Shown here one piece after another: positions 12,101 to 26,213 of a stretch of DNA of 64,000 nucleotides. The translations under genes and the position numbers were made by a program. The notes beneath the pieces were generated by a model that saw only the letters and a list, made by a program, of their open reading frames with translations, was not told where the DNA came from and ran no database searches. Source of the DNA: Cycas panzhihuaensis. Taxonomy: Eukaryota > Plantae > Cycadophyta. The stretch covers positions 149,613,741-149,677,740 of the forward strand of contig CM041465.1 of the NCBI GenBank assembly GCA_023213395.1. Reading direction: 5' to 3'. How positions within the stretch are numbered: position 1 is the stretch's first letter; every line of letters starts with the position of its first letter.

Positions 12101-14689
12101 ATCATCAATCAAGTTTGTTCATAATCCCCATGTAATTTATAGGCATCTCTGGTAGTACCATTATTTGAGAAAGTTTTAAGCCCCATCTTGGTTTTGGGCA
12201 TCCTTGTAATGTTTTGTCTTTTAAGCCCTATTTACTTGGTAGGAATTTTAGTGACACTTTTGATTTAGCATTGTAGTAAAGTTAGGATTCACTCTTAACT
12301 TGGCTTTGATAGTTTTTAAATGCAAGTTGAATTTCTTTTTACCTTTCCATCATCCACATATTCATCATTCAATCCTTTTTCTTTTGAGAGAATCTTATTT
12401 TTTAGCCATTGTCACCTTTTACCATCTTGCTTCCATCTTCATGTATCAAGGGAGCAAATGTTCAACTAAAATTTGGCCCTTGATTTATCTTATTTTATCT
12501 TGTTCATTGTTTTGCATGACCATAGGTATGTCTGCTTGATTTGATGAGATGGTGATTGATTATTTAAGATAGTATGCTATGTTTCCATTGATCATGTGAT
12601 TTTGGTGAAATAAAATGCAAATAATTGATGATATGATTATGTCTTCTATATGATGATGAATGAAACTATAACAACAAAATCTCTCCCCTAAGCCATTCTA
12701 ATCCACTTTTTACTTTTAAAACACTCATTCTTTCCACCTTTTCTTATTAATTTAATACTTTGGCTATTAATTGTTTTAAAAATTTGGGATTATGGTTAAT
12801 TTATGACTTTTTTTGAGATGTTTCTTGACTTTGATGAAGTAATTTTACTTCAATTTTTTGGCAATACTTTGAGCCTTTAAAGTTTGTTTGTCAAAAATTT
12901 TAAATTTTGTTATCTTTTTTCTTAGTATTACTAAAAATATGACAGATCACATTTTATGTAGAAAGTCACATTTTTCATTCTATATAAAATGTGATAGATT
13001 GCATTTTATTAAGGAAATCATGTTTTTGATTCTCTATAAAATATGATAGATCATGTTTGTTATTGTCATGAATATAAAATTTTTAATCAAATATGTCATT
13101 TTTTTCCTAGTTTTACATGTCACCATCTAAATGTCATGAAAACCCTCTCTCCATGCCTAAAAGCCCTTTGAAACTCCTAAAGGGGGCAAGGAGGGTAATG
13201 ATAATATGATTGTGTGATTGTGAGTTTTCGTAATTACATCTTTTTGGAGAAAAAAAAAGAAGAATCAAGAGGGAAAGAAGCTTGGAGCTCTGATTAGAAT
13301 CTGACTTTCTAAGTCTTATTGAGATATTTTATCTACTACAAATTCTTATTTTATATCTGCATTACACTTTCTTCCTCACTTTATTTCAATATTGCTTATG
13401 ATTATATTTTTTCCTTAGGCAAATCTTAGTTGAAAGATTAATCCCTTGTGGGAACAAAAGGAGTTGTCTATTGTGAAGAGAGATCTTTCTCTTCATCTTA
13501 ATATATAACTATTCCTTCCCATTCTTTCTAGTAGCCCAAATTTCCCAAGAGATTTTTTCCTTATCCCCTTCTTCTTTATGACCGTTTTTTGATCTTTTCC
13601 TAATTTCTTCTTCTTTGATGCTTGTTTTAAAGGAAAGAATTGGTAAAACTTTGGGCACTTAAAGGGAGATTACTATCATGAGGCACCAAAATCATCACTT
13701 GTGTACAGGATTCTTATGGTTGTTTGATATTATTTCTTGATTTTGTACTTGATTTCTCCTTTCCTGTAAATAAGATGCATGAATAGAAAATAGTAAGAAT
13801 AATAGACTTTATATGCTTCATCACTATTTTCTTTCAAAAGAAATAGAATGAACATGACAAACTCATGGTTGCGTATCATTGCATGGATAGTGTAATCTTG
13901 TTATTCTCTTCATTTATCTCTCTAATCAATTATATGAATAAACTCATGCTTGTATGCCAATTGTGAGACTTACATGTTATATTCTATTGGTTACAATTTT
14001 GCTTGAGGACTATTATATATTTTTGAAATTAGAAATCATATTGGAGAGATATACATGCAAATTGAATAATAGGTTAAGGATCATCGTACCTTTTTCAACT
14101 TTCATCAATTAGTATGTATGGAGACCTTTTAAACAAAGTTTATATCTTGTTTCTTTTCATTTTTTATTTTTATTTTTAAGCTTAGAAAGTAATTCCCCTT
14201 TTTGTAAATCTTGTTTCCTTTAAAAAAAAAATGAGAGAGACAAAAAAAAAAGTGCATATGATTTTTCTTGTTTTGTTTAAGTTGAAGTGTGATTTTTCTT
14301 TAGTTTTATTAGTGCACTTTTACACTCTTGAAAGCGTATGATCATTTCTTTGTTTTAACCTGTCCTTCATTTGATTAAACCTTAAATGTTGAAAAAATAT
14401 AAGAAAAGAAACAATAAATAAAGAACAAAAAAAATAAAGTAAAAACATTGTCAATGTAACTCCAAACTTAGATCTCCTCTACTTGATTATATTAGCTAAC
14501 ATATTCCTTCACTGTTATTTCATATGCTAGCCTTTTGACTCTTTAAATCACATCTTACCTAATTATGTAGACAAGTAGAGAATCCTTCTTAGGAGTTGGA
14601 AAAGGTGGTCTTAAGGTTTCCATAGGTTTATATATCCACCAATATTTATTTAAAATAGATAAAACATAATGTTATTGAGAGGTACTTAG

Positions 14690-16375
14690 CCTAGGCCAAA
14701 CCCAAAAGTAACCAAGGTTAAGGCTTCTAAGATTATCAATAAGGATTTCAAGCACAACGTTAAGGCAATTATCAAGGACAAGGCCTAAATCAATTTTATC
14801 AAGGGCAAAATTAGTACCAAAATTAAAGGTACTTTCAAGGCCAAGGACAAGGCCAAAATTATGGACCTAAAGGAAGAGGAAGAAGTTAAAGTCATAAGGG
14901 GAGAAACCGAGGATAAAGATGTAGGATTCCAATGGGTAGAGAAACCATTCAATGTTTATACTACCATAGAAATGGTCACTTAGAGGATAATTATTTTGTT
15001 GAAAGGTCAAGTTCACAAAAGAGAATTGCTAACACAACTATTGAGGAAAGCCAAAATTATAGATTATTTCTTTCAAGCTTAATAGCTAATAAAGAAGAAG
15101 ATAATTCGTATATCAATTCAGGATGCTCCACATATATGAATCATAACAAAGAGTCATTTAAGGAGTTAGATAACTCCAAGAAAAGTAAAATTATATTTAG
15201 GGATAACACCACTTAAGAAGTTGTTGGAAAAAGAAATGTCTCCAAAATAACTAATTTTAGAGAAACTAAGAGCATAAATAATGTACTACATATTCCATCC
15301 CTTAAGAAGAACTTACTTTTAGTGGGTCAGATGATGGAACAAAAATATAATCTTTGATAATTTGGAATGCACCATCAAAGATAAATTAAAGAACAAGGCA
15401 ATTGTGTCCAAAGGACAAATGACTAGTAATAGGTTATTCAAACTAGTCATATCTCTTACAAATTATTATGCCTTAAAGTCGTCAATAAATATGGATAATA
15501 AAACATGGCATAAAAGACTTGGCCATGTAAATTATATAGTTTGGCCTTAATGAAAAAAATAGATATAGTAATTAAACTTCTTACTATTGAACCTAGCAAG
15601 GAACTATGTGAAAGATGTATACTTAGAAAGTAGTAAAGGGAAGGATTTCTTAATGAAAGTTATAGGCATAATTGACCCCTTTGATTAATATATATAGATT
15701 TATATGGGTCAATGGATGTGCCCTCACGTAGAGGAGCAAAGTTTTTTTATGATATTTATTGATGACTTCATAAGGATGACATGGGTCTACTTCATCAAAT
15801 TCAAGTTAGATACTCTATGATATTTTATGGACTTTAAAACTTTGGTGGAAAGGCAAAGACAACTTAAAATCTTGATCCTAAGATCAAATAATAGGGGAGA
15901 ATTCATCTCAAATAAATTTAAAGCTTATTATAGATATTATGGCATAAGAAAATAACTCATTAATCCTTATACCCCACAACAAAATAGGGTTGTTAAAAGA
16001 AAAAATAGAACAATTGTTAAAATGGTAAGAAGTATGCTTAAGGACAAGCATTTAGGTAATGCATATTGGGTTGAAGCTATACATATAGTTATTTATATAT
16101 TGAACAAGTATACCACTAAAGCAACTAGGTGGGTTATACTAGAAGAAGCTTATATCGGATATAAGCCAAGTATTAAATACTGAATTTTTTTTTATGCGCA
16201 TAGCTTATGCACATGCCTCGCATCAAAGGAGGACAAGACTATATGATAAGAGCATCAAATATATCTTTATAGGATATAGTAACTCTTCTAAATTCTATAA
16301 ACTTTATGATACAAAAGGGAAAATGATGATTATAGGTAGGGATGTCATCTTCAAAGAAGATGAAGTTTATTAGGA
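14690..16375 (+). mobile_element. Truncated Ty1/Copia relic (gag end, protease, gag-pre-integrase, integrase)
   Basis: Degenerate Zn knuckle IQCLYYHRNGH, protease YINSGCSTYM, WHKRLGHVN, and integrase PYTPQQN motif near 15965. Many stops; ends abruptly at about 16375. Confidence 0.85.
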
Positions 16376-16379
16376 AGAT

Positions 16380-17412
16380 TGTGCACTCTTTATTAACATA
16401 TATATGAGATTGTAATGTTCATACATGCTTAGTTACTTGCCTGATGGTTGATCCATGCCCCATTTTACATGTCGATAATGATTAGGACTTTGTTCCATGG
16501 CCCTTATGACCACTCATCAGTGTTCTTAGGTTGGAAAAGGTACAGCACTGACCACTTATAACTCATTTATTTACTAATTATTATCTCTTTGTACTTGTTT
16601 GGCCTCATTTTCACCTCATTCTCACTTGTTGCTAATTGATTAATAATTATAAAACCTATTATTAGTGAGTCTATTTGACTACATGAGGGAAAGTTGGTGA
16701 AAAATAAACATTATTTCTTTATTACTTGGATTTTTTCTTGTATTAGTGGTACCACAAAGTTTTTTATGGTACTGTAAACATATTCGCAATACTGTAAAGA
16801 AATTTATAATACGCCTATCACCAACTAACAATTGAGTTTAATGGTTATAATTAGATCATTAATGGTCAAGTCTTAGACCTAGTAGGCTACATTGGTACCA
16901 AATTAGTTCACATCGGTATTGGAAGGCTAAATATGCCTCAAACCTCACATTTTCTTGATCTTTTTAGCCAAAATCTCTTAAACCATGAGTATGACTCATA
17001 GTTTTTGGTTGATGTTTTTCCTATATTACAGGTTGAAAACCACTAATCCCTTCATTTCATCTATAAAATCCCCTATTGTTTTTAAAGTAGGGTAGAAGAC
17101 CATTTTACAAGAGAACCTGTCAAGTTACGCTGCTAAAATTCTAGCATTTAGAGTAAGTAACTAACTTTCAATTAGGAGATTAGGAGTAAACATCCAAGAG
17201 TTATTGGAGAGTTTATGGGAGAGATTTAATAACTATTGGCCATCATCCCCTCACCAAGGTAGGTAATCCACTCTTTTATACTAGAGGTAATCTTCATTCT
17301 CCTTATTTCATCTTGATCATGCCATATTATATGATTTTCTTGATGGCGATTTGCTAATTAGGTTCTTTTATTTGCCATCATCTCATTTGATTTGTGATTA
17401 GAGTATGTCCTT
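16380..17412 (+). repeat. About 1-kb LTR-derived segment, inverted homologue of about 39660-40715
   Basis: CATGCTTAGTTACTTGC (16423) and CATCATCCCCTCACCAAGGTA (17240) occur as reverse complements at about 40651 and 39811. Confidence 0.8.
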
Positions 17413-17968
17413 ATATAATCTCATACATACAATAATAATAACTATACTTACCTTATTTAGTCAAAGATCCATACCTCATTCCTAAAAGCTAGGAAATGCT
17501 ACCCCCTTGGTAGCATAACCACTTTAATTTAAAGTTGGAAGGCAGTGAATGTTACTAACACAAATGATGTGAGATGCAAAATAATAAAAGTCAAATGCAT
17601 ATAAGTCACATAGGGTAGTGGCCATAACAGTGGTACCTCATTAGTAGTAAATCAAAGGGTGTTTGTCCTTAGTTTAGCCTCCTAGTGAACTTATAACAGA
17701 GGTGTACAAGCTAAGAGGGATGAAGAATTAATAACCATATCAATCCCGGGGTTGATGGCTATGAATCCTAAGCATGTATGAATATAATGATAAATAATCA
17801 AGGTGTTGCCTTGATGATAAGTCAAGATGGATAACATGGTTTGAAATAGAAGGAATTAGAAGTATAAGGCCCTCGAAATACATGAAGTGATGCCTCAAAG
17901 TACCTAAGGGGGAAAAGACTCAATGAGTTAAGGTGGGTCACCATAGTTTTACCTCATTAGCAACCATC

Positions 17969-17973
<5 letters not shown>

Positions 17974-17999
<26 letters not shown>
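17974..17999. repeat. (AT)n microsatellite
   Basis: Visible dinucleotide run. Confidence 0.95.
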
Positions 18000-19264
18000 G
18001 TAACATTTTATAATTTTTAATATTTTGTTATATTATATTATTTTTGGAGTTTTTGATTGCTTTATATTTTTTGCTATTTTGGTGGTTTTATAATTGTTTT
18101 AAATTTTAAAGGGGTTTTCTTTTGTTTTTAGTTTTTTACAAATAAGTGTTATGTAAAAGGAAATATGTAATAAAACAAGAAGGTTAAGGATATATAACAC
18201 AAAGGTAAGATGCAACTTAAGAGAGCCATATTTGAATCTGATATGTACAAATATACATAGTAGTTTACCCTTGTTTCAAAGTGTGGTGGTAGTTTAGGCT
18301 CTCATTGGAGCATATGGGAAGCTTTAGCAACATGGATTAGCTTCCAAAAGGAGCTAAGATGCTTAAGGTTATCACTGTAATTTAACCTCTTTAATGAGTG
18401 CCCCTTAAAGATGAGGCTAGTGAAGATTGCACCTTAGATATGAGCCTCAATGAATGGCACATTGGGCTGAAGAAGAGTCATCCATAAGTGGTAAATAACA
18501 CTTAAGGATGTAGTTCATTGACCTATTAGCTTTGATGTTAAGTCCATGGGAGATATAATGAATGTTGATGGAGAAAAACTTAGCTAAGAGGGATCTAGTA
18601 GATGTGGCTAAAGACCTCAATCATGGGCAATGGATTTGGTAAACCTAGATGAGTTGGGATATAATAATTTAGGAATCACAATACAAAATAATAAAGCTAT
18701 AGAGGAAGTGGAATGCATTAATCAAAGCCTCTATGACTATAGTGTACTCGACTTTGTTATTAGTGGCTTCCAATATGTAAACCCTAGATCGAACTAAAGT
18801 ATTCACAAGGTGATCCTAAATGATCCAGGTTGCAGCAAAAGGCCTCAAATTCCCATAGCTACCCCCATTGGTATGGATGATTAATGCCATGTGGATATGT
18901 AGTGACAACTTAGGATGGGGTCATTGAATAAATGGAAATAGCAAGAATCGATGATGAACAAAAGGGAATTCACATGGGCATGTAACTTTGACTAGAACGA
19001 CAAAAACGTTTAGTCCTAAATTATGATCATATGTTAGGATTGCAAACTCCTCTAAAATCTACCTAAAGTGGTAGTCATGATAAATGGGTTTTGATCATAA
19101 TTGAGACCATAATGGGTCCAAACAACCAAATTTGAGGGTCCCAAATAGCCCACTCATATGGACTCGAACTATGAACTATAAGTGGGGATGAGGTCATTGC
19201 ATAACCTGCCTTAGATGTTAAGAAGGTGGCAGTAGATATGCCCCCTTAAAGCATACTCTATTTT

Positions 19265-19368
<104 letters not shown>

Positions 19369-22300
19369 TATGTACCCTTTTTGGGGCTTCTTTTTCTTTC
19401 TTCTTTCTTTATCTCTTTCTTTTTTCTTTTTTGTAGCTTTAAGAGGGTATATACATAAGTAATTGCTTGGGTGGTATGAGATAGATGTGAAGGCAGATCA
19501 AACCATGAGAGAACTAAAGGAATTACCATAATAACAATATTTTAATAGAATAAATACAACATAGTGAGCATCTAGTAAGGAGGTCAAACTGTGGGATATA
19601 AGGAGTAAGTCATGTGACAGTCATGAGTGTCAGAAGTGGGGCATGTAAGGAGTAAGGTCCTTTAGCCAGTGGCCATGAAGAACTAAGGCATCTACTAATG
19701 ACAGGGAACACATAGGAAACACTATAGGTTTCCTTGTCCAAGTTTTACGTATGACCAACCAAAGCCTAGGGGAAATTGAGGTGGAGGAATGATAGAACAA
19801 TTGACAAAATATCATTTGACATGAGTGGTACGCATGCTAATGGAATAAGATCCAAAGGTGCCTAAGAACTTAGTAATGAGATAGGTAGGGTAGAGACCTA
19901 GAAGCTAATGAAGGGGTCCAATGAGGTCAAAGAGGCTATACAAGACTAAGCTAAAGGTGAAAGTAAGGTGTATGATATAGATAAAAATGGAAATAAGGAT
20001 AATAAAAAATAAGGGTTCAAGTAATACCTGACAAGTGGAAGGTTGTCATGGGTACTAAATTGGTAATGAGGGTAAAAAAAATAATTTTGTAGACTATAAA
20101 CACTAATTAGAGATGAGGTAAGTGACTTGGGGGTTAGAAGCACACCTCTAGGGGGTCACTATGGATAAGGGCCTCTAGGATGACACTATCATTATAAAAG
20201 AGGCCTAGGGAGGATAGGTTATCCTCAAAGGGTATCCACACATCAAAATGCAGGTTTGAAGATCTGTAAATAGCGCTATAACTTTCCATTCTTTCCAAGT
20301 ACCCTCCTGGATTCAGTTTAGGCAAAGAGGTATCCTTGGGTAGCTGAATAGCCTAAAGAAGGAGCTTTCCTATCCTCAGACGGAAAGAAGATGAGCTAGA
20401 CCTCTTCCCAAAAGAGGAGGAAAGTGAAGGAAAAAGAAGGTAGTGATAAAACGAGAGGTAGTTTAGGTGGGCCTACTTGCAACCTAGAAGTGGATCAAGA
20501 GGAGGGTAGAGAAAAGCCATGAATATGCCATGGTAATTAGGTTATAAAGTCTTCTTGGGTTTTGAAGAAGAATGAGAAGATATTTGGAGTTAATGTTTAT
20601 TATATGGTAGGGTGCATTTTGGCCTAGGTGGTATGGGTTTGTGGTGGCATCCTAATTCTACATGAAGGTGGCTGCTCCCAAAGTAAGAAAATGCATACAA
20701 AAAGGACCAAAACAAGCATGTAAAATAAAATGCAATCCTTTCCTATTTATCCCTTTTATCCTTTTCTCTTTTCAATGGATGCAGTGAATACTACGAATGT
20801 GAGACAGAGAGAGGAGAGGTTTGGCACAAGGTATTGCCTTACACGGATATACCTTTTCTTTTGGTAAGAGGAGGATGAAGGAGGTAACATCGCCTAAAAG
20901 CAAATGCAATGATGATATGATTCCCCTACTCATTTCCCTTTCCTTAAAACATGTAATGAAAAAGAAAAGAAACTTACAAAGAGAGCCTTTCAATTCTTTT
21001 TCCTTTCTTCTTTCTTTTTGGAATGGAAAAATGGGAAAGTGGGGAAAGGAAAGGAGGAGAAAGGGGCATGTAGGAAGGTGTGCACTTGGATATGGTGGTT
21101 GATGCTGTGTGCGTCACGCTCCTTCATTATCGCTCCCTACACCATGCTTCCACAAATTGCTCCCACTTCCATTGTCATTCCTTATCACAAAAGTTGTTGA
21201 AGATGGAGGGAGGGGCTTCCTTACCTTACCTTATCCTCTAAATAGGGCTTACTTATTATCCCCAAACAAATCAAAAGGAAAGAATAAAAGGAAACATAAA
21301 TGAAGTGGAAATAAAACTAAACAAAAAATGATATATTACCATTTTGCAATTTGTTACTTTGTTTACAAAATAGCCTCCAAGCTATAACACCAAAAAGAAA
21401 AAGGCCTCTCCACAAGTAAGATACATTCATATATGTGTGTTTTTGGTATACGATATTAATATCAGGTGTGTGAGAAAAAAAGGAAACAAATGCAAGATTA
21501 TATATCCTTTGCTCAACAATTTTAATATGTGTGTATGCAACAATCATATCATAAAAAAGGAGGGAGAGGAATGGATGTTACCTCGGGATAGAAAGCTCCT
21601 CTAAATGGTGAATAATCCTCACAAGTTACGAGTAGCTCATTTGGCTAGGTTTAGGAGCAAAAAGAACAAAGTGAGTATTTCAAGTGTATGGGCCTCACAC
21701 TAACTCAAACCCTAGAGCTAGTGATGGAGTGCAAGGAGATATGCCTCAAAGCATTGAGAGGAGGGGTTGCCCAAGTGAGAGGCAACTTTCAAAGTCGAAG
21801 CTCTAGTATATAAGCCTCTTCACGAACTCTCCTATCTTGATTTGGACTCCTTGTTTTCCAAAAGCTGGAGGATTTGGAAGTGGAAGAGGAGAAAAATCAT
21901 GTAAGGAGGTGTTGCCTCAAACAATCAAGCACTCAAGCAATCATACAAACATCATATATCCAAACAGTTATAAGAATATGACAAAGTATAGGGGAACAAA
22001 TATATACCTAACCATACCTATATGATGGTATCTCAATCCATTCCTAATAGCTGAGAAATAGGGGTGAACAAGGCTCACTCGAGAGAAAAAGAGCCATAGG
22101 TGATGTACATTAAATGGTAATAAAATGGGAGGTTTGATCATGAAAGGGCAATTCGTCCTAATACGTATGGCAAGGGTACCCTAAAATGACCATATCAATA
22201 ATGCAATTAATTTGAAGTGAGTGGAAGGTAAAAGAGTTAAATGAGAGGGGGAAAGAAAGAAAGAAAGAAAGCCTCAAGGAAGTGGGGAGTGGGGCCACAA

Positions 22301-23249
22301 CACTTCGAGCAATTAAAAGGATAAGACTTTCATCAACAAAGTCAACATTTAAATAAACTTAGGCTGCTTAGATGCATTGCTGGGCATCAGAGATATTGTC
22401 TAGTTCCAAGAAGATTCTTTGACTTGGCATATATTGTTTCAGCCAACCAACCCCGTAAACCAAAGGCATAGCAATGATCTCTTCGTGGCCTGCAAGGGAG
22501 GGAAGGGGAGTGCTACGAATATTCTATCAGTGCTCATAAACTATTAACAGTCTACACTAGTATATTCAGTTTTCCTATGAAATTCTATTTTATTTTTACC
22601 ATTGCTTATAGGATTTGTTAGGAAACTCCATCTGCCCCCACATTTTCCTTCACCTTTACGAGCTTGGTGCAAGAGATCTAACTATTGGATCCTCGAGTGG
22701 AGGGAGCTATTGGGATCGCATTTATGCCATGGCCATAGTATGTCAGGATTTGTTGAATGGATCTAATTTATTGCTTGTATTTTTTTTTTTTTTGTCACTA
22801 TGTGTTTTTTATAGATGGGTTGTGCCTATTTAGGTAAAATGAGGCCAAACAAATCCTGTTAGGGGATAGACTAAGGCATCTTGATGTTATGGTCCTGATG
22901 GGCCAACTTTCAAGCCTAGAAAAGTAAATTTTTATTTGATTTTGTAGTTGTTAGTGTGGTTTGCTACATATTATAGCAAAGTTTATAGTACTATAGATAT
23001 TACAATGATATTACAAATACTTTCAAAAAATACTTATGGCATTGTAGGAGTATTCATGGTACCATAAGGATATTTGTAATATCACAAATATATCTACAGT
23101 ATAAAGATAAATTTATTCAAATTTTTTATTTTTCTTTTAAAATATTTATTAGATATATATTTTTTAATTATTAGTTAGTAGTGGGCAGGCTTTTAGGTTT
23201 TGACAGACTAATTTGTAGGGCTTTTTATATATTTTTCTAGGTTGTTATC

Positions 23250-23371
23250 ATGATAGGTAATTGCAAAAACATCAATATGCCCATGTTGGGCTTAGTAGAC
23301 TTAATGACAACATGGGATCAGGAGGTGTTGCTGAGGCGTGGTCTAGTAAGGGTAACGATGATGTGCCAATA
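23250..23371 (+). pseudogene. Plant mobile domain (PMD) ORF, 5' part, interrupted by the Copia insertion
   Basis: Joins in frame to 31015 onward after removing the Copia and one TSD copy. Confidence 0.6.
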
Positions 23372-23684
23372 TAAAGGAAGGATGGATCTAGGAGATAAAT
23401 CACTCACATGCATACAATGGCAATGGAGAATGAAAAAGAAGATGAAACAAGATATGAGAGCAAGCTTGGAGGTGAGAATGAATAATGACTCATTCCTTGA
23501 GATTTCACCTTTTATTATTGAGGGTGAGCATTAGGGTTAGGATTTTTTCCGCCTAATGACATGAACTCGAAATTACATCTAAATACACATAAAGTACATT
23601 TCATTAAGAGACTAATGCTAATAATATATCCTAAGGTCACATAATTAATCTACACAAATGACCTTGATACATTTACCTCTTTCA
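23372..23684 (-). repeat. 3' LTR of the Copia element
   Basis: Direct repeat of 30699-31009 with roughly 20 differences counted by eye; adjacent PPT AAGGGGGGCA. Confidence 0.93.
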
Positions 23685-24149
23685 ATGCCCCCCTTAATGG
23701 TGGAAGGTCATTTTCAGAAAATCTATTCTATGAGGTCTTCATTTGAGCCTCATTATTACATTGAAACTTTAAATGATACTTTTGTGGGAAAACCCTTATG
23801 GGGAATAAAAACCCATGAACTTTCTAAGATCTATAGCCCCTTTTATAAATCAAAATGGCTAAGGTGGCTCTTTGATGTAGCCTGATAGCCAAGCAGCTTA
23901 AACGTGCAGCTTAATCTGCTAAGTCTCCATATACTATTTGGTCATCCCCTATGCCCTTTTGGGTTTTCACAGGTTTTGATTTTTTGAAATAAGTACAACC
24001 CTTATCCTTCTATGCCCACATGGGGTTTTCACAAAGAGGATAGAGCAGAGACTTACTCTTATTCTTTCATGCCCATAAGGGGTTTTCATGAAGAGAATAG
24101 AGTATGATGATCATGTTGCCATCTTCTTTGATCAATCGAAGATGGAGGC

Positions 24150-25690
24150 CCTAAGGCTAAGCTGCCTTCAAAACTATTCAAACTTCACCTTTTGTAGCAG
24201 TTTGATGAAGATATTGGCGACTTGATCTGTTGTAGGGTAGTAATCTAATTAAATTATGCTGTCATGAACAAGTTCCCTAATCATGTGGACTTTTGTACTT
24301 ATATGTTTGGTATGATTGTGAAATATAGGATTTTATACCATGTAGATTACTGATTGATTATCCACATGAAGACTCATAGGACTTGTTTGGGTGATATTCA
24401 ATGTTTCTAATAATTTTCTCAGCCATATCACCTCTTTATTGGTCTCAGAAGCAGCAATATATTTAGCTTCGACAGTTGAATCTGCAACTATCTTCTGCCA
24501 TCTGGATCTCCATGATATTGGTGTTGTTTCAAAAAATGTTACATACCCAAATGTAGATCTTCTTGTATCTTTATCTCCTGTAAAGTCTAAGTCTGAGTAT
24601 GTAGAAAGCTTGAAGTCTGAATTAGGTTCATACAATAGACCATATTTACTGGTCGTCTTAAGGTATCTCAACACTCACATTACTGTCTATTAATGATTCT
24701 GCTTAGGATTTGTCATGTAACAAGCAAGAATACCGACAGAGTGTATAATATCTAGGCTTGTACTAGTAATGTAGATGAGACTACCTATAAGTTTTCTGTA
24801 GAGTGTTGCATCTGCCTCCCTGATGTCACCTTCAGCTGAGAGGTTGGTGTTAGGATCCATAGGTAATATCACTAGTCAAACATCTTCTATCTGAGACTTG
24901 GTTAGAAGATCGTTGATGTATTTTTCTTGGGAGAGGAAAAATTTTCCATTCTTTTGTGTTACTTCAATTCCCAAGTAATATTTCATCAAACCGAGGTCAG
25001 ATAATTTGAATGTTTTACCAAGGTCCTTTTTCAGTTGGCTTATTGCCTATTCACTATTACCCGTTACTAGCATATCATCCACAAAGATTATGACATAAGT
25101 GACTTTATCCTTATGGCGCTTGATGAACAACATTGCATCAATATCTTGATAGTCACAAACCTCGTATCTAAGTTGCCTCATCCTTTCAGATAACTTGGAA
25201 AACCAAGTGTGAGGGGCTTGTTTAAGGCCATACAAGGACTTTCTGAGCCTACAAACCTTATGCTCTTGACCTTTGATCTCATATCCTTCTGGTTGAGCCA
25301 CGTAAATTTCTTCTTTAAGATCTCCATTGAGAAACGCGGTCTTAATATCGAGTTGGTGGATTTTCCAACCCTGTTGAGCAGCCAAGACCACAAGAGTTCT
25401 AATTGTAGGCCACTTAGTTATAGGTGCAAAGACTTTAGTGTAGTCGTTATCTTCTTTTTGTGTAAATCCTTTAGCTACCAACCTCTCCTTGTATTTTCCA
25501 AGGGTGTCATCTGATCTATGTTTGTTCTTGAACACACATTTATTTTGAACTACCTTTTTGCCAAGTGGTAGATCAACGAGCTCCCATGTACCGTTCTTGA
25601 TAAGAGTTTGGTACTCTTCGTTCATGGTGTTTGTCCAAGCTATATGCTTTATAGCTTCTTAGCATGTTAAGGGCTCTTCATTAAGAGTAA
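24150..25690 (-). pseudogene. pol: Copia reverse transcriptase and RNase H
   Basis: NGTWELVDLP, RLVAKGFTQ, IHQLDIKTAFLNG, SLYGLKQAP, FVDDML; RH motifs YSDLDFTGD, ISWRSRWQ, VDNQS. Confidence 0.95.
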
Positions 25691-26213
25691 GGTGTAATTT
25701 TGCTGGTTTAAGCTTAATATATAATGATTCCTGCATCCTTTCTCTATGGGCACTTTGAGTGCCAATTTTTCCCACCTCATCTGGTCGTATATCCTTATTG
25801 AGCTGGCGGGCTTCTCGAGATCCTCGAGTTGGGAATAATATCCTCATTTCCCTAACTTCTTGGTTCTCATCATATTCGTTAAAATGATTATTTTATGAGG
25901 AGGATGTTGATGTGCCTAAGGAAGATGGTCCTTCTACCACTATTTTGCCTTTATCAATTGAAGGTGGAGAGGATGGTTCTTCTATCATGGCTTTGCCTTT
26001 GTTAACTCTGTTATCTTCAAAAGATGGTGTTGGATGTGCACTCATTGGTTCAGAGTCACAACTTATATCCTCCAAGGCTCTATTGTCAGCTTCCAATATT
26101 TGGAGTAATTTATACATGTCCCCCCCCCCCCCCCCAAATTTTGGAATCTGAATATCATACTTGATAACATTATTGTAGTGGCGTGAGCGTACTATAGAGT
26201 CTAATTTAAGTAA

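Noticed and set aside
11600-12560. Possible integrase or transposase relic on the minus strand
   Set aside because: Too degraded; no motif could be read convincingly.
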